Below, one piece after another: positions 10,801 through 22,075 of a DNA stretch of 64,000 nucleotides. Position 1 is the first letter of the stretch. Each line of letters begins with the position of its first letter. Source of the stretch: Lama guanicoe (Eukaryota); contig MU053216.1 in the NCBI GenBank assembly GCA_013239625.1, forward strand, positions 1,390,943 to 1,454,942. Direction: 5' to 3'. Below the pieces are notes generated by a model. It searched no databases, was not told the DNA's origin, and saw nothing but the letters and a program-made list of their open reading frames with translations. Made by a program: the position numbers and the translations under genes.

Positions 10801-13638
10801 GTGATACACAGGCCACACGGTCCCTGAGGGCCAGGCCGGGGCGGGCACCGGGTGTACGCCTGGGGACACAGCAGACTCAGTGTTTGGCCTCCTTTGGACT
10901 GACCTCAGTTTAGCGGGGGGAAAATGCACACGTGTGTTACTATATACGTAGATAAAGAAGGCATCGCTTCACTGTGGAGTAACGGGTGTTTTCCATGTTT
11001 TTCATTTTATTTTCCTGTAATTTACTGTTTTAAAAAATCAAAGAACCTGTATTGCTTGAATAATCAGTGGGAACCTTACACTCTAAGAGCGAGCCTGGGC
11101 CTGGGCGTCCCCAGGCGGGAGTGCGGGGCAGTGGGGAGCACCCGAGTGTCACACGGCAGCAGGGCCAGCGCCGGGCGAGGAGGGAGGGAGAGGCAGAGCT
11201 TTGGACTTCAACGCTGGCTCGCTGCCACGCGCCCAGGCCACCGTCCTCCGGAGCCTCGGGTTCATCTTCAGTTGAGTGAAGTGATCATTCCCGTTTGCCA
11301 CAGGGTGTGAGGATCAAGGAAATCACCTATGTGTGTTTTTTAAACTGTGTGCAGTGCTGCAGGGATACAGCGGTGGCTGTTACCTCAAGCAAGATGTTAC
11401 CTCCCACCCCTGGTCCTCAGTGTCCTCCTCAGAGAATGCACGCAGCCGGCCCCCAGCTCTCAAGTCCTGAGACGCCATTCAGCGGGGATCTGGCGCAGGC
11501 CTGCTCGCGTGAGAGACGCCACTGCGGTCTGCTTCGATGGTAGAGGGAGGAAGGTGGGGGCCCGTCCTTGCTCCCACGTCCCCGCCCGCCTACCAAGCAA
11601 TCTGGTCTTTGGCCACGGGGTCTTTTCATCTTCGCCCCGTTGGACTGAGGGCGGAGTCCTGACGGAGGCGGGGGTAGTGGCTTCCTGTGGGCCGAGGTGG
11701 GGTGGGATCTAGACCCCAGAAGTGCTCCAGACACCCTCACAAGTGTCCAGAGCCCTGCTCTACCCAAGTGTCACGGGGGCTGAGTCATGTCACCAAAAGC
11801 GTCTTTGCCAGCCCTGCCACTCGCCTGAACTCCCCAGATCACTCACCCAGGGACCCTGGGTCACCACACGGTGCCCTGAGAAAGAGCCCACGAGGTCGAG
11901 GGAAGTGAGAAGAAAGCCCAGAATTAGTCACAAGTTCAAATCAGAACTACACAGGCCAATGTGCCCAGACTTCTTCGGATCTTTAAAAACCCCAGAGCAG
12001 CTCCACCTGTCTCCTTTCCCGGCCACAGATTCTGGGCAAGGCGGGGCTGGCCAGGATGGGGAGGGGGCATCCTGGGGTAGGGTGGGCCAGCCAGGACAGG
12101 GGAGGGGTGGCCCGGGATCTGGGGGCAGCCTGAGATGGGGCGAGAAAAGCCAGGGATGGGGAGGGTCTGGCCGAGAAGGGGTGGGGGCAACCCTCGATGT
12201 GGGGAGGTGGCGGCATTGTGGGATAGGGGGAGCTGTGGCTGGGGAGGGGCTGGCCGCAACGGGGAGGGGCGGCCTGACAGAGGAGGGGTCAGCGGGAGAT
12301 GGAGAAGGGGTAACGGGGTTTGGGGAGGGGCTGGACCCTTTGGTCCTTTGTCTAAAACACCAATTTCCGAAATACTTTCAAGAATAGGATTTCCTTTGAT
12401 CTGTGAGGCGACTGAGCAGACTTGACAGTCTCCTCCATCCTTCAGACAAAGAAAGAGGCTCGAGGGGGTGCCTGGCAGGGCTGCCCCAGGAAAGCAGGTC
12501 AGGACGGGCTCTGCCTTGAGCACCAGCACTGGGGCAGTGTGACAGCTCTGTGTCCACTGCCCTTAAAAAACTCATCAAAAATTTCAAGACCAAGAAGTGG
12601 AGGGGGAGAGGGGTCTGCAGTGCCTCCCACCTACACAGCCGCCCTCAACTCGGACAGTATTCCCCCCAGCCTTTCCTGTGCACCACCTATAAATCGTACA
12701 TAAAGTGCCACCGCCTCCCGTTTGCCCTTCACAGTATTTCTTATCTCACATCCTGAAGACCCTTCCCTCCACGGGCGGTGGGTGCCGCAGCCCCCTGCCA
12801 GGCACTGTTCCAGGCACTGGGTACACAGCAGCCAACAAAACAGACCCTCCCTTGGTGGACGGAGCTCTCAGTCCGACGGGAAAGACAAGCAGCAGAGAGA
12901 GAAGACGGTGGGCATCCGGGCATCCGCTGGTTAACACCCACCAAGAGAGAAGAGCCCCCGATGGAGCTGGAGAGAGCAAAGAGCAAAAGGTAGTTTTTAG
13001 CCAGAGGACTTGGTGGTGCCTCGACAAAGCCCCTGCTAGTAGCTATAGTGCATCTACCCCCGCCACAAGCAGCTTTGCCGCCCTTTTTTCTTGTAGCTTA
13101 TAAGCATTTTCCAACGTCTCAGCAGCAGGAGGGAAATGCTGAGTTGTGATAACTGCCTGGGGAGGAGGGGGATGGAGACGCTTTCTTCCTGTCTGTCTTC
13201 AGGGAGCGCAATTTGTCAGCAAGCCAGAGAAGCAAGGTGGCTGGGGTAGAGCTGGGGGCTCCGTCAGAACAGCCCAGAAGGCGCCTCTGTTGTCAGCTGA
13301 GGGCGGGCCACACGCAAACCCGGATGAGAGCTGGCACCCCCGTCCTCGGGCCTCATCACAGGAAACACTCATTTCTTGCCCGGGAGAGCCGTGGTGAGTG
13401 TCCACAGTGCACCTGAGCACCCGGACAAAGTGCCTGGACTGGAGGCGGCAGCAGTGACCCCACGGGCTGCAAGGCCCACCTCTCTCAGGTGTGCTTGGGG
13501 GGGGGCCGCAGGGGTGTCTCCTCCCAGCTTGGCCCGCTATGGCGGCTGACGGGGGGGAGGGGGGTCCGCATGCACTAATCCACCAGCCCCAAAGGCTGAA
13601 GAGAAACCCAGTGGTACTGGGGGGAGGTTACACAGCCC

Positions 13639-13639
<1 letters not shown>

Positions 13640-13674
<35 letters not shown>

Positions 13675-13728
13675 AAGAGACAGACAGAGACACAGAGAGA
13701 GACACAGAGAGAGACAGAGACAGAGAGG
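13640..13728. repeat. (GA)n / GAGACA compound microsatellite
   Basis: Directly visible repeat. Confidence 0.9.
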
Positions 13729-14340
13729 GACCATGCCCAGGTTTCCGCCCCCAGCTGGGCTGAATTCCCGAGAACCTGAACTTCACGACTGGCCCGGGGA
13801 CCTGGCTGAGAGGCGGCTCTCAGAATTTGAGTTCCTTTCTGCACTGACTGACATTTTAGGCCAAGTTCTTTTAAAAATATAAACACTGAATTTCCAAACC
13901 CTCCAGAAACCTCAGAGGCTAAGTCACAGAGTCAGGAAATGGATGCTCCTCACTTTTGTACTGGATGGTCTCAAAAGGGATAGGAAAAAAGGCCCCATGC
14001 CGATTTGAAAATCACAGTGACACGTTTCCTCTTTGAAGGGACACCTGGCTGGCAGATGCCCTTCTATCTTTTTTTCTCTCCATATCCTTCAAAATGTGAG
14101 CCGTCCATTAAAATAACAAGAACAAATGATCTGCTGCCCTCCTGTGGGCCTCCTGTGCCCACAGCGGCTGCTGGCTCCCTCTGCCCCCGACGTCACACCA
14201 CATCCCCATCACTCTGAGGTCAGCCTCAACTACTGGGTTGAGTTTTGTCTGATCCAGTGTTCGACTGGCCTCCTGACACTCACTTCACTCCCGCTGTCCG
14301 AGTGAAGACAGACACGGTGGCAGGAGGGGCAGCGACAGCG

Positions 14341-14346
14341 TTTATT
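14341..14346 (-). terminator. Probable GPR25 polyadenylation signal (AATAAA)
   Basis: tttatt on the + strand about 0.8 kb downstream of the GPR25 stop; the first canonical signal I found after the gene. Confidence 0.45.
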
Positions 14347-15049
14347 GAGAAAGGGGAACTCACAGTGACGGTCCTGGCGCCCCGGCTGAGGGGCGGACTT
14401 TCCAGGTCCCTCTGCCCGGGGGAAGTCAGGATAGCTTCCAGGGTGAGTCCTGCCGCTTCGGGGGGAGGAGGGCGTAAGAAGACACAAGACCCGGCAGGCC
14501 TGGTCTTCTGGGGCAGCTGGCAGGAGACACTGGGCTGGTTCCCAGGCTTTGGAGAGCTTGATAAGCTCTGAGCTGATGGTGACTGATGACCGGTGATGTC
14601 AGTCACCGAGATGACTGCTGTAAACGGCTGTCGGTTCCACCGTCTGTAGGATTCTTCGGAAAGCGAGGGGCCAGAGGGCCTGACCTGGAGAAGATATCTC
14701 TCGAACGCGGTGCCATTGCCAGGGACCAAAGAACCCACAGCCCAAGACACGGGTGACTTCTGTGGGGTCTGGCCGGTGCTGTCGCCAACGGGGTGCTGAA
14801 GGAAGGCCCACTTCCCTTTCCCCTACGCGGTGCTCGGGTTGCTGTCGGCTCCATCTCACAGGACCTTCACTGGACTGGAGGAAATGAGCCCAGGTGTCCC
14901 GTGGGCCAAGGGAGAGAAGAGCTGGTCCCAGCGGCCTGGCTTGGGGGAAGTTCAAAACGCTGAGGCTCTGGGAAAGCTGGTGAAGGAGACCCTGAGTGCA
15001 GACCGTGCCGTCGGAGCAGCCCGCCCTCTAGCTCTCGGGGAAGCAGGTC

Positions 15050-16400
15050 CGGAGAAGCCGGGCGGGGAGGGAGGCCAGCCCACCTCGCCAAGCCTGCCGC
15101 CCGCTCCCCGGGGCCGGGCCGGGCCGGGCCGGGCGGCTACGGAATGGCCGAGGGCGCGTACGCCCTCTGGGCTCGGCCCCGACCGCGGGCCGGGCTCCGG
15201 AACGGGGAGCCGTCGTCCCCGGAGAGCGAGGAGGCCGAGCTGCCCCCGCGCGCCCCGCTGTCGGCCCGCCCGCAGGCCCCGCGCCGCCGCACCTGCGCGC
15301 GGAACGAGCGGTCCAGCAGCAGGTAGATGAGCGGGTTGGCGCAGCTGTTGACGAAGGCCAGGCAGGTGGCGACGGTGAGGCCCCAGCGCAGCGCCAGCAG
15401 CAGGCGGCAGGGCAGCGGCAGCGCGCCCAGGCTCGCCAGGTGGAAGACGGCGCGCAGGGCGCAGAAGGGCAGCCAGGAGCCCACGAAGGCGCCCTCGACG
15501 GCGAAGATGATGCGCAGCGAGCGGCTCCGGGCGCGGCCCACGTGCGGCGGGCGGCGCAGGCGGCAGGACACGCGGCAGTAGCAGACCACGGTGACGGCCA
15601 GGGGCAGCGCGAGGGTCAGCAGCAGCAGCAGCAGGCTCAGGCCCTGGAAGGCGTCCGACGGCTGCTCGCCGCACTTGGGGCCGCGGCCCCCGACCAGGCG
15701 CGCGCGGCCAGCGGGCGGCCCACGGCCAGGTAGCGGTCGACGCTGAGGCCGGCCAGCAGCAGGGCGCCGGCGCAGCGCGTGCCGGCCAGGGCGAAGCTGC
15801 TGAGCTTGCACAGGCCCTCGCCGAAGGGCCAGCGGCCGCCGCGCGCCGCCGCCGCCGCCCACAGCGGCAGCGTCAGCACGAAGCCCAGGTCGGCGGCCGC
15901 CAGGTGCAGCACGAAGGTGTCCACGAGCCGCCGCGGGCCGCGCCGCGCCGCCAGCAGCCACACCACGAAGGCGTTGCCCAGCAGGCCCACGGCGAAGGCC
16001 GCCAGGTAGAGCGCGGGGATGTAGGCGTAGCCGTAGGGCAGGTCCCGCGCCGCGCACAGCTCCAGCTCCTCCGGGGCGCCCGAGCCCGAGTAGTCCCAGG
16101 GCGCCGGCCCCGCGCTGGGGCTCCAGGGCTCGGTGGGGCGCATGGCTGGCGGGGCCCGGGCGGGCGCGGCGCCGAGTGAGCGGGCTGGCTCTTCACGGCC
16201 GGTGCCCAGCACCTCCCTTCCTGCCACCCCGACCGACCGAGGCGAAAGGGTGGGCAGGAAGGGGTGGGGGAGGAGGGGACGGAGGGGGAGGGGAGGCTCC
16301 TGCGGCGGGATCTGGGGCCGGCCCCAGAGGGAGGGGAGGGCAGGGCAGGCCGAGGGCTTCCCGGCGCGGGCCTTGGGGGAACGTCCTCAGGGCTGGGAGG
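15050..16400. promoter_or_regulatory. CpG island covering GPR25 body and 5' flank
   Basis: Very high GC and CpG density; (GGGCC)n run just 3' of the stop. Confidence 0.8.
15137..16143 (-). pseudogene. GPR25: GPR25 (class A GPCR, CXCL17 receptor), single exon, disrupted as assembled by a ~100-nt frameshifting deletion of TM4
   Basis: Frame 1 from ATG 16143 reads MRPTEPWSPS...YIPALYLAAFAVGLLGNAFVVW...LHLAAADL...SVDRYLAV (TM1-3). Frame 2 reads LVGGRGPKCGEQPSDAFQGLSLLLLLLT...FVNSCANPLIYLLLDRSFR (ECL2, TM5-7) to TAG at 15137. Span is 1007 nt, not a multiple of 3. Gene identity is high confidence; pseudogene status could be an assembly artefact. Confidence 0.8.
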
Positions 16401-19400
16401 CCGCCCTGCCTCCTGTGGGAGACTGTCCCGTCCCTCCTCCTCGCTGGGTTTCTTTGTTTATGAACCAAGAACGTGGACTCTCTCAGGGGTCTGATGGCTG
16501 CTGGCAGAAGGCGGTGAGCGCCCACAGCCCCAGTCCGTCCTCATCTCCCGCTGCTCCCCGCTGCTGCCTGTCTCTGTGACCAGGGCTGAGAGAGAGGGGC
16601 CCTACCACCTGGGCACAGCCCGTCGGGGTCGGGGCAGCCTGCCCTTGGGGGCCTGCATAGGTCAAGGATTGGCCACCAGGCTCTCAAGTGGTGTTAGCCT
16701 CCCCCGAAATACTGGGCTAAATGTCTTAACAGAGGCTTTTTTAACTAAATCATGGAGCCACACAGGAGGCTTTACTGGAGAGGGAGCAATGTGGTCAGGC
16801 TGGCCAGATGACAGGTGCAGAGCCTGGAATTCAAGTCCCAGCTCTTCCCCACGTCCCTCCATCCGGCAACACCAACGAAGTAAGCCAAACACAGGTGAGC
16901 TCAGTGCCGGGGAGGACACAGATGGTACCGACTCAGCACCAGATTCGTTGCCCTAAATCAGGAGTCAGGAGCCTAGAAGGCGGGCGAAGTCCTCTGTGGT
17001 CTGAAGGAGCCAGGGAGGGATTCGTGGAGAAGGTAGGAGACGCCTGGCCATGAAGCGGGCAGTGGGGCTGGGGAGAGGCTGGGAGACGGGGTGCAGCAGG
17101 GACACTGAGCATCTCCAGTTAGATCCAGTCTCCTCAGCAGACACCCTGCCCGGAGCTCCTGTGTTGGACCTGATGTGACAGTGTGTGCCCCGACCCCACC
17201 CCCGCCTCCACCGCCGCCTCTTCTGCCATCCTCCCCAGGAGTGAATGACCTTTGGGCAATCTGGTGTTAAAAGATTTGAAGTGGATTATTTATCCATTTT
17301 ATTCAGTTCAGTCCCATTACAGTGAGTTCCTCCCTGCGGCAGGCACTGTTTGGGGCATCGCAAGAGATGCCGTGCGTGAACTTGGCAGGTTCTTGCTCAG
17401 GCTCAGGAGACAGGTATACGTGCGGGACATGCAGTGGCTGGCAGGCTGGACGTCAGGCTTCTGTAGTGAGTGTGAACGAAATCTGCCGGAGCTCAGAGGG
17501 AGCAACTTCTGATGGGAGAGTGAGTCAGAAATCTTTCCCAGAGATGCAGTTTTCCAGAAAGGAGCTGAAGTGTGAATTTGAGCAGCAGAGCCCAGGTGGG
17601 AGGCGGAGAGGAAGGGGAGGATGCAGGGGAAACAGCGGGGGACTTGGGTGTCTGTAGCCACCAGGCATTTTGAGGAGGGGACGCTGCCAGTCTGCTTTGA
17701 GCAGGTCAGTGGGGAACTATGGATGGAGGGGAGAGGCTCCAGCCGGGGGGACCCCACCGTGGGCTGCTGCCATTGTTGGGCTGGGGGTGGGGTTGGACAG
17801 GGATGACTGGCAGTGGGGTGGAGAGGAGAGGACCCTTCGAGACAGAAGGTGGCATCCAGGGTTTCAGCAGACAGGAGTCCGATGGGCCTGGGTGGCTGGC
17901 GGGGGATGGCGTGGGTGCTGTGGGTTCCCTGAGGTGGGGACCAGGGAGGGCTATGCTCTGTTCCAGGTTGATTTGAGGTCAGGTGATGAGATAATTCATG
18001 ACCCAAACCAAGGCATTTCTGAGAACAAAAGAGGTCACATCGTAAGTGACCTGGGCCATAAACCTGGCCTGTTCTGGGCAAACTGAGACCGAAGGTCACC
18101 CTAGCTGTGGCCACTCTGGTCCGTGGAGCGCCAGGGAGTAGACAAGCTTTAGGAGAGGTGGGCAAGTGTGTCCACACCGGTCCTGTCGGGAAGTTCTCTC
18201 CTGGGCCAGTTACAAGTCAGGGAAGGCAGGAGGGGAAAGGCGGCGGGCAGGGTTGGGGGGTGGTTTCTGGCCCCACCCTCCTCCGGGTCCGGCTCCCAGG
18301 CCGGGAGTCCCTGCCCCACCCACCCAGAGGGGCTGCTGGAGACTCCAGGCCTTGGTTCTGATGTCGGACCACGTGGCTGCTGGTGAGGGCCGGCACGCCC
18401 TGGGAGGCCTGGGGCTGCAGCCTCCTTCCCTCCAAGGCCTGCAGAGGCGGCAGGAGTCTGGAGAGACCGTCAGGAAAAGGCCCTGTGCCTCCGGACTGCA
18501 CCTCCCCCGGGGGCACAGAGAGCCCCAGGGGTTCTGAAAGCTACCGCCAGGTGACAGAGGAGAATGGGGCGAGGGGAGGGCGAGGGGCGAGGGGGGAGGG
18601 GAAGTAGAAGTGGGTTGTTTATTAAAACCAGAGAATCTTGCTTCCTGGGGCTGTGGCCTTGCCCCCGGGGAAGTCTGCGGTCCCGAGCACATGGCGGACT
18701 CTCTCTGCCAGCCCTGGCTGCGGGCCTTTCTGCAGGTGTCTGGGTGGTGGGAGGCAGCACGGGCCAGAGCTGGGGACACCGCTCTGAGCCCGGCCTCCCC
18801 AGGGTTCAGCCTGGCTTCAGTGACCAAGGCCAACTCCAGGACAAGGTTCTCCCTTCTCCCCTCAGGGGACCCCCCACAGGCTTAGAATCAATGAATGGAA
18901 TAGTAAGTGGCTAGTGGAAGCAGTCGCCCGGCGGCTGAGAACCCTGGCCACTGCTGACGGGCGCACAGTGCAAGTGGCCCGTCTCCCCACTGCTCTGGGC
19001 CCCGCCCCAGCAGCCCCGCTCTGTCTGGCCGGAGCCCTGGGCAGCGGCAGCCTTGCCTTGACCGTGGGGTGAGGGGGGTTCAAGCCTGAGGTCAGAGGAG
19101 ACACTTAACAAATACACGGCCAGTGCTTTGCTCTCGATGGCTTCTGGGAGTGGGTTTATGTTCTTCTTTCCCTTTGTGGGCTATATATTTAAGCTCTTAA
19201 CACCCCCCCGCAACCCCTTACCAATTTTAATTTTTCTGTACAAATAATCACCTGAAACTTCTGGGAAAATTTTTGAAAATTATCTTGCCTCTTTCATCCT
19301 AAAAGCCACATTGAAGAATTTGGAGTAAGGAAGGTCGTCCCAGGCCTGGTCCCACAGCACAGCATCCTGGGGACATTCCTTCCAGCCCGTGAAGGACATT

Positions 19401-20877
19401 TTCAAAAGCAGAGTATCCACGCGTAATCCCTTTGTTCTTGGCTTTCTGTTTTGTCAACATTCCACGGCAGACACTGTCCACACCCATGTTTTTCACACTG
19501 CTGTTCAGTCACGTCTGTAATCTGAAGGTATGGTTTTATAGTTTGCTTTTCTCAGTGTCATGCGAATCCACGTTTTTCTATGTTGCTTAATTTTCCAGTC
19601 CCTTAATCTTGGACATTCAGGTTGCTTGCAGTATTTTTTGCTGTTGTAGAAATTTATCATAAATAACTGCACTGAGGACTTTTTCTTCTTTCACAGTGTT
19701 TCCATCCACAAGTGCCCCCACGAGGGTCAGAGGCTGTGAACGTTTTCAGGGCTTGATACCAACGCTCAGTGACCAGGAATTACGTGGCCTTGCGGGAGGG
19801 CATGGGATCAGCGCAACACGGTTAGAGACATTCATCAGTAAAATGTATTTTTCCACTTCACTAGGCAAAGAGGTAAAAGGCGACCTCAATTTAATTTACA
19901 TTTCTTTGACTACAGTAAGAATGACCGTCTTTCCAAATATAATTCCTCTTACGTGAACTGCCGAAGCACGTCCTTCAGACATTTATCTATTATAATCTTT
20001 TGTATTTATTAATTTGTGTGAACTATTTTTTCAGGATAAATCATTGTCCCATTTGGTTCCAGTATTTTTCTAGTCTTTTCTTCGTAGCTGTCTTTGATTT
20101 TTTGTTCTACGTTTTCCTAAGTTTGAATGTATTGCTCTTAGCAATTTCAGAGTTCAAAATGTTACTTTCTCTTTGATGATCCAAAAACATTCTAGTCTTG
20201 TTAAAAAATAATTTGTATCATCTTTTTTCTTCCACTTAGAGTGTAATTTTTTTCAAATTTCTAGTGAACTTTCCCAACACTATTAAATTAAAAGTATTTT
20301 AACAAATATTTTAATAAATTAAAAAGCTGGCTCTCTGTGTCAAGACGTGGAATTTGTCACGTCCCTGACGCCTCACACACCGGGTCAGGGTGTCTGCTTC
20401 TGAAGAAACAGGTTGGTTGCCACCGCGAGAGGCTTCCACCTCAATTTCATAACCTGACGGTTGTGTGTTGTGGTGCTAGTTTCCACACTTAGAATGGATG
20501 TGAGAGTGTCTCCCTGAATGGGTGTGGAGAGGGTCCTGTTAGACAGTGGGGACTGGGTCCAGGGGACACGCCCCCCAAGAAGCTTCCAGACTCTAATGAC
20601 CCCTCCCGACATACACACCCAGGACACGGTGCTTCCTGTGCCCGTCGTGGGAGGAGGGCAATGATTTGCAATCGCACTGGGACTCTACAGAGACCACCCC
20701 CATCTAGGGGGCGTCCAGACTAGGCCACCGCACGTCACCAGGCCTGCTGTCACAGGGGTGCTGTGTCCCACTGGCTGAGGGGTCTTCGGGGCTGAGGCAC
20801 AGACGGATGGTATTTCGCTGCCCCTGCGGGAGGAAGACCATGCAAAGCCTCTCCCGGGGGCCCACAGCCCCGTCTGT

Positions 20878-20989
20878 TTTATGGGGGGATTAATTAGGTT
20901 TATTTATTTATGTAATGGAGGTGCTGGGGACCGAACCCAGGACCTTACACATGCTGAGCACACGCTCCACCAAGCTCCCCCCTCCCCCC
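20878..20989 (-). mobile_element. Vic-1-type tRNA-derived SINE
   Basis: taattaggtttatttattt...ggaggtgctggggaccgaacccaggacc...catgctgagcacacgctccacc. Confidence 0.8.
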
Positions 20990-21969
20990 ACGGCCCCTGT
21001 GGTGATGCGTAGGGGGCCGGGAATGGGGGCCTTGGTTTGCTCTCCGCCGCTGCCTGGCTGCCAGGGTGGGTTTTCACAGACCACACCCCTGCGTCCTGCG
21101 TGTGCACACGTGTGCCTGCGGAAGGCAGGGAGGTGACAGTGGCTCTGTCCCTGCCCTGCAGCCTCTGCACCCAAGGGTGGTGGGCACACACCAGGGACAG
21201 GGCCCCACCCTGGGTGCCAGGGGCTGAGTGGTGTGTTTCAGATGCTCAGCTTTTTCGGAAACCTTCAGGGACTGAAGCGGGGAGGCTGGGAAAGGCACCA
21301 CCTGGGCCAGAGCAGCGTTCGGGCTGTGGTGACTCAGAGCGAAAGGCTGCGGCCGGGGCTGGGCGCCGTCTTGGGGCCTGGCCTCCTGGCAACCCTGGGA
21401 ACGGAGGGCGAGGGGCAGAGGGCGGCTTTCAAGGAAAGTGAGACTCCCATCCCCTCCATCCCGGGGCCTCCATCCCAGGGCCTCCATCCCGAGGTCAACG
21501 CAGATGCTTCAGAAACCGTACAGACAAGCGGCAGGGAAGTCCCTCAGCAGGAAAACGGCCCCAGACTCTGGGAGGAAGTGACAGCTCTCAGCAGTGACTC
21601 CTCTGCCCACACGAGCTTTTGAACCAGGACCTGCCATTCTTTTTCAGTGATTTCACAGAAAGCTAGTGTGGGAAAGTCGTGCACGTTTCTAGTTATTAGC
21701 AGCAGGAAAGGGCATCACTCCCTCTGCAGCGGGGGAGGGGACGCCAGGTAACAAACAAGGAGAGAGGACAGGCAGGCAGCCCCCACCCCTGACCTGCTGT
21801 CCTGCCCCGGGGGAGGGTCGGCACAGGCCTGCCTTGCCAGGAGCGGTCCGTGTCCGGGGGCAACGTGATAAACAGCGCATGGTCCGCTGGCGGCCCCAGC
21901 GCTGGGGAGGTGACAGTCAGTCACCTGGACACCCTCTGCACTCAAACACAGAAGCCGAAAAGACACACC

Positions 21970-22075
21970 GGACATATGTCTGTATATGGATGACTGGACG
22001 GCGTGCTGTGCACCAGAAACTGACACAACATCCTAAACGGACTAGACTTCAATTTAAAACAAAGAAACAAAACAA
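21970..22075 (+). mobile_element. Short L1 3'-end fragment with A-rich tail
   Basis: 'tgctgtgcaccagaaactgacacaacat...ttcaatttaaaacaaagaaacaaaac' matches the L1 3' end seen at 55730-55800. Confidence 0.6.

Noticed and set aside
15690..15705. A small intron or programmed frameshift rescuing GPR25
   Set aside because: No slippery heptamer or credible splice pair is evident, and either mechanism would still leave TM4 missing.
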